DNA of 64,000 nucleotides from Nitrosopumilaceae archaeon (GCA_965208905.1 OZ242365.1:1440001-1504000), one strand, 5' to 3'. Numbered from the stretch's first letter, positions 11,038-21,940 are shown. Notes: generated by a model not told the origin, from the sequence alone. Program-made: numbers and translations.

Positions 11038-13553
11038 TGCAATATATCTTGCGCAGCTTGCCGACGAAAGTTCGAGTACATCTTGGTCAAATCCAATAGG
11101 TGTCTAACTGACCTATTTATACTGTCTATGCCTCTCTGCTTGAAGAATGTATCCATCTCTTTGTATTCGGAGCCATCCGTAGCCAACGCAAGACCAGACA
11201 CAATTCGTCCCAGCAGTCCGCTTTCAATGCCTACCTTTGAGCTCACCGCGTCCCAATTGTCGCGAAGCCACGGCCACAACAAGCCTCGACTGTTTGGGTT
11301 GGATGCTGTATGTATGATAAAACTATGAACGTTTTGTGGTCGAACCTTATTGCTTATGGAAAAGTCTAATGTGCGCCTTAGTATGTCTGGCGTGTTAAAT
11401 TCACACAACCCCACGACTATACGCATCTGCTCTTCTGCAGAGTCTGTATTTGTAAACAGTCTTGATAGTTTTGAGTGTATGCGGATATTACCATGACGGG
11501 CCACGGCTGCAAACATGGGATTTCGTATGTCGGGATGAACCGTGTTTGGATCATCAACATATGCATCAAACATGTCAGCGGTCTTGGTAGATATCTCTCT
11601 GTCCAGACGCCCCATGGACATTATGGCCATTGTTCGCAGAAACGAATCTGTATGGGGCTCGTTTTGCAGAGGCTTCCAGCCAAGCCAGCCCAGCATACCC
11701 TCAAATATTGGAGTGGATACATCATGTATCTTTTTACTCCAATCTTGCATATGTGACATCTTCAAAAGCAGTGATAGGTTTTCGCCAACATTTATCAGCG
11801 GCATATATTGCCTTTCGTCAGTATATGCGTCCACCAAGTCTAGGTAGTCCAATATGCTGGCCTTACCAACCATGCACATTGCAAAGAGATCATTTTGTAT
11901 GGACCAACGATCCATGCTGACTATTGTCTTCCTCCGAATCGACTTTTTGATATTAGCAAGAACATCTCCCTGATACAATACACGATAAAAGCCCATACGT
12001 TTGGGATTCACGATAAATTTGCCTGACAGTTTTATCTCTCCTGTCTCTGCCTCCATCAGGAAGCGCTTGTTGGTGTATTTGCTTTTAATTATAATTGGTA
12101 TGGGCCATGTATCAGGTTTGGTTGACTGTTTATGCGCCCGGAATGGATGTTGAGTAAGTTTGACTATACCTTGCTCCTGGGTTACGTGTACCATCGGGAA
12201 ACCACTGATATTCAGCCATGGCTCCATTATTTTACGTACCGATACATCTGTAATGTCTCTCTGCGCTCGTTTAGAAATTCCACCCTTTATGGAATTTTGT
12301 ACTGATCTGTCAATCGAGTCCCATAGGTCAAGACCAGTGGCATTTTGAAACTGAAAGTCTCTGATGTATAACCTCAATCCGTCTCTGAATGGTATTTTTC
12401 CCACGTAATCTTCTATCATGCGCAACAGGCTGCCGCCTTTTTCATATGAGATTGCATCAAAGATCTCTCGAATCTGCGCTGGAGACCTCACCTTTACATC
12501 TATGGGATGGGTGGATGGCAAAGAGTCCATCTCCATTGCAGTTTTTGATGAACTATTAACAAACTGATCCCATAGATTCCAGGTTGGGTACAACCAATCC
12601 AGGGCTTTTGTAGCCATAAACGTCGCAAAACTCTCATTTAACCACAAGTCATTCCACCACTTCATTGTGACTAGATTGCCAAACCACTGATGGGCTAGTT
12701 CGTGCGAGACTACCTCTGCCACTAACTGTTTTGTGCTACTTGAGGAGTTCGCCTCATCGTATAACAAGAGATTCTCCCTAAATGTCATAGCTCCCCAGTT
12801 CTCCATTGCTCCAGAACCAAAGTCTGGTAGAGCTATCAGATCTAATTTTGGTAACTGGTAAAATTTTGCAAAGTACTGCTCATATAACGGTATGAGTCTC
12901 TCTGTCAACTCTAGAGCAAATTTACCATGTTCTGACTTTCCAGCAGTCGTCACTACGCGGACTCTACCGTTGCCATTCAAATACTCGAACTCACCGACTC
13001 CCAGATATACTAGATATGTGGACATCTTTGGAGTCGTCTCAAAGACAAACATCTGACCATTACTCGAATCGTCTGTGTACTTAACAGGCATATTTGAGAT
13101 GGCAGTCATACCTTTTGGCGCAAATATAGATATGTCAAATGTGGCTTTGAGGTCTGGTCTATCAAAACATGGAAAGGCGCGCCGGGCATCGGCAGCCTCA
13201 AACTGCGATGTCGCCAAATACTTTGTTTTGTTGCCAACCTTGTATGAACCCTTATAAAATCCGATTAACTTGTCGTTCAATACCCCCTTATACTTGATGG
13301 TCAGTGTACAGCCATCATTGATTGTATGGTGCGTATTTATCACCATCTGACCATCATTTATGGCATATGTGGGTTGAACCTCTATGCCATCTATATTGCA
13401 TGAACACGATTCGATAGTTATGTCCTCAATGTCCAGCCTTATAGTATATGTGGGTTGAATACAGGTGATGGTTATCTCGGCCACACCATCAAATACAAAA
13501 TTTTTAAAGTCTGGAATGAACTCCAACTTGTAATTTTGCGGTATCGTCTTCAA
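11034..13553 (-). CDS. M1 family zinc aminopeptidase
   Basis: SQFEAADARRAFPCFD, GAMENWG, HELAHQWFGNLVT...WLNESFA, YEKG. Confidence 0.96.
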   Translation of the reverse strand: MKTIPQNYKLEFIPDFKNFVFDGVAEITITCIQPTYTIRLDIEDITIESCSCNIDGIEVQPTYAINDGQMVINTHHTINDGCTLTIKYKGVLNDKLIGFYKGSYKVGNKTKYLATSQFEAADARRAFPCFDRPDLKATFDISIFAPKGMTAISNMPVKYTDDSSNGQMFVFETTPKMSTYLVYLGVGEFEYLNGNGRVRVVTTAGKSEHGKFALELTERLIPLYEQYFAKFYQLPKLDLIALPDFGSGAMENWGAMTFRENLLLYDEANSSSSTKQLVAEVVSHELAHQWFGNLVTMKWWNDLWLNESFATFMATKALDWLYPTWNLWDQFVNSSSKTAMEMDSLPSTHPIDVKVRSPAQIREIFDAISYEKGGSLLRMIEDYVGKIPFRDGLRLYIRDFQFQNATGLDLWDSIDRSVQNSIKGGISKRAQRDITDVSVRKIMEPWLNISGFPMVHVTQEQGIVKLTQHPFRAHKQSTKPDTWPIPIIIKSKYTNKRFLMEAETGEIKLSGKFIVNPKRMGFYRVLYQGDVLANIKKSIRRKTIVSMDRWSIQNDLFAMCMVGKASILDYLDLVDAYTDERQYMPLINVGENLSLLLKMSHMQDWSKKIHDVSTPIFEGMLGWLGWKPLQNEPHTDSFLRTMAIMSMGRLDREISTKTADMFDAYVDDPNTVHPDIRNPMFAAVARHGNIRIHSKLSRLFTNTDSAEEQMRIVVGLCEFNTPDILRRTLDFSISNKVRPQNVHSFIIHTASNPNSRGLLWPWLRDNWDAVSSKVGIESGLLGRIVSGLALATDGSEYKEMDTFFKQRGIDSINRSVRHLLDLTKMYSNFRRQAAQDILH

Positions 13554-13670
13554 GTATGATTCAGGTTATTGTTGACATGTATTTATTCATATTGTTAATG
13601 ATCAACTTTGAAAAAATAAACTAACTGAATTTATGATGTCTTTGGCCCACAAATCGTAACTAATTTAGGC

Positions 13671-14960
13671 ATGATGTGTGGTATGTATGATATGGTTTTT
13701 GGTTGGGGGAGGAAGAAACCTCCGGAGGCACCACAAGTACATGCCATACAGTTGGATGAGGCTATCGAGATTGTAAAGAAGACGCATCGCATGCGTGCCG
13801 AACGTACAATAACTGAAGCAGGTAATCTGGTGCACAGGACAAACACGCTGATTCGTGAACTAGTTCAAATACGTAAAGATCTAGAAAAAGATGATCTGAA
13901 AGAGGAGGAAATAGATGCAAGGGTAAAGCCTCTTGTTATAAAGGGCAAGAAGATGCTGATGGATGCTCTCCGTATGAATGCGGTGGAGATAAGACCCATA
14001 CATAACTATGAAGATATGGTTAGGGCCAATGAGGAGTTAGAGCACCGCCTCAAACGGATGGGGAACATCTTGGGAAAACAGACACGAATAATACACATAT
14101 TTGCAGAAAAGTATGCCGTTCGACTCAAGCAGATATTAGAAGAGGTAGAAGAGAATAGAAAACAGGTGTTATCTGCCACCACATGGCATAAGAATGATAC
14201 AGAGCTAGCCGAGACTGTGACCGGAGGCATAGAGGACGTACACAACATGGAGGCACTCATTAAGGACAATGAACAAAAGCTTAGCAACTCCGAACAAGAG
14301 CGCATAGATATAGAGTCTGGCATAGAGAGTACGCAATCAAATATAGCACAATTCAAAGAGTCGTCTGAGTATAATGACTGGCTGACACACCGCAGCTCAT
14401 TGGAGCAGTGCAAACGCAATAGGTTGGAACTCAAGACCGATATATCAACACAATTTACAAAGATATCCCGTCCACTGGGACGATACTCGCGCATCTCTGC
14501 AGATAAGGAGCAGTCTGCATTACTAAAAAAGATGATAGATGATCCGTACGATACGATATGGTCAGCAGAAGGCAAAAGTGTCTTTACACTACTAGAGGGT
14601 GTACGCAAGGCTACATCGTCCGGTTCAATATCTGTCAAGGATGTTGGCAAGGCTTTGGATGCAATAACGCAGACACAAGAAGCTGTAATCCAATTTATAG
14701 AAAAGATAAACGATATAGAGACAGAGATTCAAAAGACCATTAAAGCTATCGATGAGACCAAACCCACTAAACTATATCTCCTAGAAGAGGAGGTACACAA
14801 TCTTGAAGGAACACAAGAGCTGACACACAAAAAGATAAAAGATATACACAGTTCTACTGAAAAAACAAAAAAGGCCATTCCTCTTGAGATAAAAAAGATA
14901 CACAATGCACTAGAGGCTATTACGGGTACTCGATACGATATAAAATATACGACACTATGA
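13671..14960 (+). CDS. Coiled-coil hypothetical protein
   Basis: Long charged helical ORF; probable start at MVFGWGRKK. Confidence 0.75.
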   Translation: MMCGMYDMVFGWGRKKPPEAPQVHAIQLDEAIEIVKKTHRMRAERTITEAGNLVHRTNTLIRELVQIRKDLEKDDLKEEEIDARVKPLVIKGKKMLMDALRMNAVEIRPIHNYEDMVRANEELEHRLKRMGNILGKQTRIIHIFAEKYAVRLKQILEEVEENRKQVLSATTWHKNDTELAETVTGGIEDVHNMEALIKDNEQKLSNSEQERIDIESGIESTQSNIAQFKESSEYNDWLTHRSSLEQCKRNRLELKTDISTQFTKISRPLGRYSRISADKEQSALLKKMIDDPYDTIWSAEGKSVFTLLEGVRKATSSGSISVKDVGKALDAITQTQEAVIQFIEKINDIETEIQKTIKAIDETKPTKLYLLEEEVHNLEGTQELTHKKIKDIHSSTEKTKKAIPLEIKKIHNALEAITGTRYDIKYTTL

Positions 14961-14962
14961 GA

Positions 14963-15263
14963 GAGAATTACATAAAGTTAACATTGTCCTAACGTATATG
15001 TCGGCCTTGTCGCCACCATCCAATTTTTCGGTAGTGATCAAATCTTCCTCCACATGTTGTATGGCATGATTCTCAATCCTCGCCATACCACATCGCTCCA
15101 TGCCTGCACACCGAATATTGAACGGAGCTGACCCTGTCCTCGGCGCCTGCAAACAATGACTGCGTGTTTACAAGCACATCCATGGGAAGCATTGAGCGGC
15201 CAGTTCCACCAAAATGTTCACCGCGGTTGCCTAGCAGTCCGTACCGTCTGGTATGTAATTTCC
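14963..15263. mobile_element. Degenerate MITE-like element
   Basis: Left gagaattacata, right tatgtaatttcc (reverse complement ggaaattacata). Abuts the tnpB element end at 15264. Confidence 0.45.
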
Positions 15264-15450
15264 GGGAATTATATACAAAAGTACAGCAGTCTTAACCGCC
15301 TACTTTTCGTTGGCTTTCACCATTCAGGGTGCGTGTGTTTGGCATGCGCTTTGGAAGCGCGGTCTTGACTACCTGCCAGTCTCCTACAACCGGTGGTGGC
15401 GTGCGGTTGCGTAGGCTTATTCGGTCCCTCAAGTCCGTCCCGGACTTGAT
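15264..15450 (-). ncRNA. Putative omega-RNA scaffold overlapping tnpB-1 3' end
   Basis: Expected position for TnpB. Hairpin aaaagtaggcggt...actgctgtactttt followed by gtatataattccc. 5' limit is a guess. Confidence 0.55.
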
Positions 15451-16704
15451 GCATAAACGACTTGCCTTTTGGGCGCGTCTTGAGTTTGGTTTTATGTAAT
15501 CATAATTGTTGTTATAGTTGTTGTCTGGACTGTACATGATGTTGAATGCGCCGTTATAGTCGGCATGACATACAGTGCCGCAGTTCCGACACTTGAACTT
15601 TCTATCATGGTTCCACCTCTCATGTACAATTTCATTATTGTGCCAAATCTTGAATCCACCGTAGCGTTCGGTGTCCTTACTACAACATGCGCCACACCGT
15701 TTGGACGTATTGTAGGGTTTAACCTCTCTGATTTCCGTATTATGCTCAGGGGCTTTCTTTGTACACCAATCACGGACTTCACCGGCCTTACTCTCTTTTA
15801 GTGTGCGGTTCTTGCCTTTGGCGCAGTTGCCCCCCTTGCGGGTAAGATTCACCAAGTTGAGGTTCTCAAATTTTACCAAATCGCAGTCCACGCACAGTTC
15901 CTTGCAAAAGTGTCTGTACTTATTCAACTGCCAGTTGTATAGCGTTTTGCGCTGCCGTTTCATGCTGTCATTTATCTTATTCCATCTGTTGCTGTTATGT
16001 GTACATCTGTCACGTTCGGACTGGAGTTTTCTAATGTGCTTGCCTATTTCATCATTGTACAATTTAAGAAGGCGTGTAGTACCGTCCGACAGTGCCACAT
16101 ATGCTGTCAACTTGCCTATGTCAACACCCGCCGTCAACCCTGTTATCTTCCTGTCCGGGATGTACTTTTGTATTGTAAGGTGTAACTCAAACTGGCGGTG
16201 ACCGCGCCGTCTATCCGCATCACTCGTTATGTCAACAATCTTGTGTGACACTACGGTTTTGATGTTGGGTAGCCGCCCCTTCGTGATGCTGAACTGTGTG
16301 TCTGACTTGGGAAATGTGACCGTGTTGTGTTTGATTCGCTTTGGTGCACCAAGGAAGAATATCGGATATGTTTTACCGTCTTTGAGATGCGTACAGTCCT
16401 TCATTTCAATACCTGCCAGGATTGCACCGCGAATTAAGTGTAGTGGTGCGCATTCCTTGGGGTCGGTATTATCCCATTCTGCCATCATGCTTTTGGCAAC
16501 CGTAACGCATGTCAATGCGCTTCGGGGATACGGACTAGGACTACTGCTGGCAGTGAACTGCACGTTCAAGTTACGACACATAACACCTAGTTCAACCCAC
16601 ATACGGCTTTCGGCCTCCAGACTTTCAACATATGAGGTGATTATACTATTTGTCTTTAGGCGGTATTTGCGGGTTCTATAGATTATACTCTTCTTGGTCT
16701 GCAT
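15292..16704 (-). CDS. tnpB: TnpB-family RNA-guided endonuclease (copy 1)
   Basis: RuvC-I GVDIG, RuvC-II FENLNL, YNTSKRCGACC...FKCRNCG zinc finger, RuvC-III HADYNGAFNI. Confidence 0.9.
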   Translation of the reverse strand: MQTKKSIIYRTRKYRLKTNSIITSYVESLEAESRMWVELGVMCRNLNVQFTASSSPSPYPRSALTCVTVAKSMMAEWDNTDPKECAPLHLIRGAILAGIEMKDCTHLKDGKTYPIFFLGAPKRIKHNTVTFPKSDTQFSITKGRLPNIKTVVSHKIVDITSDADRRRGHRQFELHLTIQKYIPDRKITGLTAGVDIGKLTAYVALSDGTTRLLKLYNDEIGKHIRKLQSERDRCTHNSNRWNKINDSMKRQRKTLYNWQLNKYRHFCKELCVDCDLVKFENLNLVNLTRKGGNCAKGKNRTLKESKAGEVRDWCTKKAPEHNTEIREVKPYNTSKRCGACCSKDTERYGGFKIWHNNEIVHERWNHDRKFKCRNCGTVCHADYNGAFNIMYSPDNNYNNNYDYIKPNSRRAQKASRLCIKSGTDLRDRISLRNRTPPPVVGDWQVVKTALPKRMPNTRTLNGESQRKVGG

Positions 16705-16818
16705 ATCACATATTATGATATTTCAGATATAAAGTTACATACCTCATATTTACTATATGATATGTATAGTACAGTCCCGACCACATGCCAGTCTGTCAAA
16801 TTACGGCGCTGTTATACG

Positions 16819-16902
16819 GCATGCCAAACACACGCACCCTGAATGGCGAAAACCAACGAAAAATAGGCGGTTAAGCCTACTGTACTTTTGTAAGTAATTC
16901 CC
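16819..16902 (+). ncRNA. Stand-alone inverted copy of tnpB-1 3' end / omega-RNA scaffold
   Basis: About 84 bp near-identical to the reverse complement of 15264-15347, ending at the same taattccc boundary. Confidence 0.55.
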
Positions 16903-17120
16903 TATGTGGTCTGGCCAGCATATCGGCGAAATGAATAGAGAATTTGTATATTTATATGTGAGATTATGCCATTAGCATTATGAAGAAATTTAAGCATACA
17001 AATGATGAGTTGGAACAAGCAAGGCTTGAGGCCAAGGGCGGCGATGACCCCACTGTACGGCAAGGCCAAAAGAAGAGTAAATATGGCCAAAGTATAATAG
17101 AATTTTAACTTTTTTCATTA

Positions 17121-17393
17121 TTATTTAAATGGGTCCAGCTGAATGCGATCGTCTGGGTCTGCGCGGATACAGTCGGTACCAACAGGATGTAGTTTTACAA
17201 ATTTTATCACACCCTTTGGTATTTTGTTATGTAGTTGTAAGTATGTGACCTTTTTGGAGACATCATCTCTATGTGTAGCACATGTCACCCCCACCATGTA
17301 TTCATCATTATCACTTGTTACAGATACCACAAACTCGGGCGGGTTGGAGCACCGCCGCTTGTTATGTATGATGGCGCATCTATCGGGAAGCAT
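17121..17393 (-). CDS. Small Cys-rich hypothetical protein
   Basis: MLPDRC...CSNPPEFVVSV...EYMVGVTC..H; divergent from the oxidoreductase. Confidence 0.7.
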   Translation of the reverse strand: MLPDRCAIIHNKRRCSNPPEFVVSVTSDNDEYMVGVTCATHRDDVSKKVTYLQLHNKIPKGVIKFVKLHPVGTDCIRADPDDRIQLDPFK

Positions 17394-17438
17394 CTCACTA
17401 TTACACATAATACTACAAGATATATCAATATGCATTTG

Positions 17439-18734
17439 ATGAGAGAGTACGATATAGTAATCATTGGTGGCGGCATACTGGGGGTATCCATATCGTACTT
17501 TCTGGCATCTCTAAGTCCGGATGCAGATATTGTAGTGATAGAAAGAGAGAAGGGTGTAGCGTACCATGCCAGTGGTAGAAATACAGGCAAGGTTCATGCC
17601 CCGTACAGATACGAACCAGATAAAAACAGACTCTCGGCCAAGTCGGCCCTACTGGGATATGATATGTGGGAGAAGTATGCAGGTATAAAGGGACTGCCCT
17701 TTAAAAAAGACGGAGTTGCAGAGGTCGCACTAGACAGTGCGCAGGTCCACACATTGGAGAGATATCAAAAGTGGGGTCTGCAGAATGGTTTGAGTGATGA
17801 GGATATACGAGTGGTCGATGGCGTATCGTTTCATAAAGATGAGCCCAATGTGCAGTGTGTCGCTGCCTTGATATGCGACAAGGACGCATCGGTGGACTAT
17901 CGTGTACTGACACAGAGTCTGGCAGATGATGCAGCATCATGCGGCATAAAATTTCTGTATGGAGAGCCATCGACTGTAAACACAAAGAACGGATACAATA
18001 TAGTATCATTGAGTGATGCCACGCCAATACGGGCAAATCTTTTGATAAATGCCGGTGGCGGAGAGGCAGTAGATATAGCACATAGTATGAATGTCGGTCA
18101 AGAGTATACTGATATTCACTTTCGAGGAGAGTACTGGCAAGCCCCAAAGAGATATCACAGATTAACCAGTAAAAGCATCTATTCGGTTCCACAGAATATA
18201 CAATATCCTTTCTTGGACCCCCACTGGATACTGCGATACGATGGTACCTGCGAGGTTGGCCCCAACGCCGTCTTGGTCTTTAGTCCATACGGGTATGACA
18301 CAAAAGAGAATATACTAAATATACTGCCAAAGACGCGTGAGATTTTAGAGTCGGGCGCCCACAAAATTCTACTGGATAGCCAGTTCCGCAACTTGGTAGT
18401 CAACGAGGCATGGTCGTCCATATCAAAGCACGCCATGATAAATCGTGTAAAGAGGTTCCTACCAGCATTGGATGCAGGACTCTTTAAGAGTCGCGGTACG
18501 GCCGGTATAAGATCAAGTGTAATAAACCAGAATGGTCGCTTTGTTACAGGTCCCATAATACTATACGAGAATAGCTCGGTGCATGTATTAAATTACAACT
18601 CACCTGGAGCCACCGGCGCTCTGCCCTTTGCCGCACATCTGATAAATGGTATGAATGAGCAGGGAATGTATAATATAAAACAACAGGATGCAACCTGTGG
18701 GCCTTGGAGATTCTCAGATATTATTACTGTGTGA
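17439..18734 (+). CDS. FAD-dependent oxidoreductase, L-2-hydroxyglutarate oxidase-like
   Basis: YDIVIIGGGILG, HASGRNTGKVH, FRGEY, GPNA, SPGATG. Confidence 0.88.
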   Translation: MREYDIVIIGGGILGVSISYFLASLSPDADIVVIEREKGVAYHASGRNTGKVHAPYRYEPDKNRLSAKSALLGYDMWEKYAGIKGLPFKKDGVAEVALDSAQVHTLERYQKWGLQNGLSDEDIRVVDGVSFHKDEPNVQCVAALICDKDASVDYRVLTQSLADDAASCGIKFLYGEPSTVNTKNGYNIVSLSDATPIRANLLINAGGGEAVDIAHSMNVGQEYTDIHFRGEYWQAPKRYHRLTSKSIYSVPQNIQYPFLDPHWILRYDGTCEVGPNAVLVFSPYGYDTKENILNILPKTREILESGAHKILLDSQFRNLVVNEAWSSISKHAMINRVKRFLPALDAGLFKSRGTAGIRSSVINQNGRFVTGPIILYENSSVHVLNYNSPGATGALPFAAHLINGMNEQGMYNIKQQDATCGPWRFSDIITV

Positions 18735-19425
18735 TCGTCTCATCATCCAAGACTAAACTCTCCTGAGTAGATTTTGACTCTGTATATTGTGTGTTTAGTA
18801 TCTTTTTTATGCGTTCAGCGCGGGACTTGCCCAGTCCAGGAACCTTGCTCAAATCTGGCAGCGGCGCACTCAGGGCTGCCGAAGGGGTGCCGAAGCGCTC
18901 CAAGATTCTAATGGCCAGTTTCTCTCCGATTCCCGGCAGGCTGCTCAGTATGACTAGCTGTTGTTGTTCTAGGTCTTTGCGTTTTCGAATCTTTTTTAGG
19001 TATGGTCCTGATGATCTGTTCTTGCGCGCTGCCATTGCCACCAGCAAGCGAGCCGTATGATCAGCGTCGGGTGTGGGCATTATAGATATGTGAAAGTCAA
19101 AGGCCACCCTTATCAAGGCTCCATAGAATATTAGGGGATTCTCGACTATATTGGTCAGCTCATCAGTGTTGCCCTCCACCACCAGTATGGGCCGCTCAAA
19201 GTTCTCTTTGAGACGGGAGCATTGATCAAACAGTCTGCCATCAAAGACCGACGAGATCAGGTCATGTATGCTCTTACGCTCCACGACAGTCTCATTTGAT
19301 ACTATGTAATCTCCAATTTGCAGGGTCTTGATCTCCAGGCTTATACCTGCTTTCTTTAAAAGATTAGGGATTCCAGATTTGCGTTCCCGATCATCGGCAA
19401 TTATACGTAAATCTTTAAGCGACAA
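18724..19425 (-). CDS. ERCC4/XPF-family structure-specific endonuclease
   Basis: DDRE, GDY...VERKS..DL..S..DGRLFDQ, C-terminal HhH2 (LPGIG, VPGLG). Confidence 0.92.
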   Translation of the reverse strand: MSLKDLRIIADDRERKSGIPNLLKKAGISLEIKTLQIGDYIVSNETVVERKSIHDLISSVFDGRLFDQCSRLKENFERPILVVEGNTDELTNIVENPLIFYGALIRVAFDFHISIMPTPDADHTARLLVAMAARKNRSSGPYLKKIRKRKDLEQQQLVILSSLPGIGEKLAIRILERFGTPSAALSAPLPDLSKVPGLGKSRAERIKKILNTQYTESKSTQESLVLDDETITQ

Positions 19426-19791
19426 TCAGGATCCCGGTTTCATGGCGCCACCATGTATGGCTTGGTTGAGACTAGCTCCTTGTTCACGAATTGTCTTTTC
19501 AATCTTTTCTTTATGTTTAGTTAATACGGCAATCTGTGTCTTTGATAGTTCCTGTTGCTCTTTGAGATGTTCGGTCATTGTGGCTTTATCCGACTCTACC
19601 AATATGGAGCCTGCCTCTTTGTAGATAGCCTTGTCATCTGGTGTCTTTTCTAGTGTTTCAAGTGCATTTTTGGTGGTTTGAACATCAAGTTCTAGTTGTT
19701 GTAGTTGTGCCTGTACATTCTCTAGGTTAATTTGGGATTTTTGGTAGGCTTTTACCTTCTCCTCCAACCATGGCGGTATTGTTTGTGACAT
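19426..19791 (-). CDS. pfdB: Prefoldin beta subunit
   Basis: Coiled coils flanking IYKEAGSILV; exosome-superoperon context. Confidence 0.9.
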   Translation of the reverse strand: MSQTIPPWLEEKVKAYQKSQINLENVQAQLQQLELDVQTTKNALETLEKTPDDKAIYKEAGSILVESDKATMTEHLKEQQELSKTQIAVLTKHKEKIEKTIREQGASLNQAIHGGAMKPGS

Positions 19792-20692
19792 TACAGATTG
19801 TATAATGTCATGCCATTATAAGCTATCCCCCACAAGAACAGCAAGTGTTCCGCATAACCTCAACTTTCTAGGCATATACTTACTCAAAGATACTCCTCTG
19901 GCACATCTGATGAATGTTTTCAAACAATTTAACAAAGTCAGATTTGTGTATATGGTCATCGACAGGTACATACTTTATGTCATCTGGAATGCTTTGATCT
20001 CTTTCTACAATGATTATTTTGTTTTTTTACGTACGTAATCTAGTTCTTAACGTATGACATCCGATTGGATTTACTTGGCCGTTCATATAATAATTAATTC
20101 TGCCATTTAAAATTAACAAATAAAGCCGGGATTTATGCATATTCGAGACTTGTTATGCCGTAATGATAATACTATGAAAAACCATCAGATAATAAAAAAT
20201 CTTGCTGCAGATGCCAAAGATGGTATAATTATCTAGACCATAACGAGGGTTCTTCAAGATACATTTGTTGCGATAAATAATCGACATCATATACAAAATG
20301 GACATACAAGTATCCGACGTTCCCCATTAAACTTGATTGATAATGGTTATGTGTATAAAAAATGATATTTTTTTGTCCAGAACAGCGTGTAGTATGTTGC
20401 GCATGACTTTATGCCAGAGCTGTCCAGACTCGGAAAAATCGTTTGTGTGTGTTTTAGAATTTCTGTTGGATTTGACGGGCAAAATTGTATTCGGTGTTGT
20501 ATACACAAAACATTTTGGATTTATGGTGTTTTTGTTCAGAGTGTAAATTTATTACCTAAAATTTTGAATTTTATGCAATAATATTTTATTTAACATACAA
20601 TTTCGGTAATGCGAAATGGTGGTACATTTACGTAGACTGACAATATCAGGCATTATCTGTGCTGTCATATTAGTACAATTTTTGTATTAAAA

Positions 20693-20941
20693 TTAATTTT
20701 CTTCATTAGTGCTCAACGTGTCATGCGCAGCTTGGACCAATCGAAGTACAGAGTTGATACCTGCGCGCATATGGGCCAGACGTTTAGCCGTTACGGTGAT
20801 TTTTATGGAGCCATCATTATATGAAATATCGATACTATCGGGGCCATCATAGTATTCATTATCCACAAGAATTGACTCGTATACGGATTTTGTATATGGA
20901 CCTGCATCTATTACAATATCAGTCTTATACTTTGATGTCAT
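20693..20941 (-). CDS. pcc1: KEOPS complex subunit Pcc1
   Basis: ITVTA..LAHMRAGINSVLRLV; follows rpl37ae. Confidence 0.82.
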   Translation of the reverse strand: MTSKYKTDIVIDAGPYTKSVYESILVDNEYYDGPDSIDISYNDGSIKITVTAKRLAHMRAGINSVLRLVQAAHDTLSTNEEN

Positions 20942-21134
20942 ATGCCATGCCGGCTACCTTGTGTGGGCACTTTTTACAGGACCATATTCCCACGGCAATC
21001 CGACGAAAGTTTTTAGAACCGCAGTCCGGGCAGACCCTCTTTTTCTTGAGTGTAAAGTGCACTTTGGTGTACTGCTTTCGAGGCTTGATACCATATCTAG
21101 CGCCCAGGCCTTTTAGTGACTTTTTCTTCTTCAT
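20925..21134 (-). CDS. rpl37ae: 50S ribosomal protein L37ae
   Basis: GARYG, CPDC...R.AVGIW.C.KC. Confidence 0.95.
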   Translation of the reverse strand: MKKKKSLKGLGARYGIKPRKQYTKVHFTLKKKRVCPDCGSKNFRRIAVGIWSCKKCPHKVAGMAYDIKV

Positions 21135-21940
21135 TTTGGAACCACCGCCTGCAGTATGTCACGTATTTTATTGGAAGAGTTTATTGCTATCTCACCACAG
21201 GTGGCCAGCTCATCCACAGTAAAGCCGCCCTTGCCTCCCTTTTGGAGGGCGCAGATATTTCCCTCAGAGTTTGTGGTAATTGTGATGCGCGCATCCATGC
21301 AGTCCCACTCATCCGAGTTGGGGTCAGCAATGATGTGACTGCCAATCTTTGCCATTGTTACAGATACAGGTAGTGTAGTGGTAGGTAGTGGTTCCAGACC
21401 TTCTTGTAGTTCAGGCCCGTTATCGCCATACTCCCAGCGAGGCATTTGAGCCGTAAGTATGGCAGATGTGGCAGCATACGAGCAGGCATCAAATAGGTTG
21501 CCATCATAATCTAGTACCACATTATCTGCAAATACCCCCACAACAGACTCATCCTTCTTTATGACCAATTGTGTTAGGTCTATCATGTGGCTCTCTCGGA
21601 TACCCCTATCAACTACCCTAGCCAACTCAATAACAGATTCGTTGGGTGGGCCAGTCTCCACTGTTGGATGCGACAATGGAAGTAGTTCTGCAGTGCAGAT
21701 AAAGATGCCCTTCTCACCCACATCCGAGAAAGGACGGTCTGGTTGTATTTTAATGCCACAGATAACTTCAGAGTCGCCCAAACGTACACGCGCAGAGCCA
21801 TTGGCCTTTGGTACAACGCCAGTATCAATTGTTATAGAACGATACTCGTCCAAGGCGCGACCATCTATACGTTTACCCTCTTGCAGTAAATCCATAATAC
21901 GATTACGCTTAAGCTCATCCATCGTAGTGAATACAGTCAT
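21131..21940 (-). CDS. rrp42: Exosome complex component Rrp42
   Basis: RIDGR...YR, ANGSA.V.LG, ELARVVDRGIRES, DYDGNL.DA. Confidence 0.96.
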   Translation of the reverse strand: MTVFTTMDELKRNRIMDLLQEGKRIDGRALDEYRSITIDTGVVPKANGSARVRLGDSEVICGIKIQPDRPFSDVGEKGIFICTAELLPLSHPTVETGPPNESVIELARVVDRGIRESHMIDLTQLVIKKDESVVGVFADNVVLDYDGNLFDACSYAATSAILTAQMPRWEYGDNGPELQEGLEPLPTTTLPVSVTMAKIGSHIIADPNSDEWDCMDARITITTNSEGNICALQKGGKGGFTVDELATCGEIAINSSNKIRDILQAVVPK

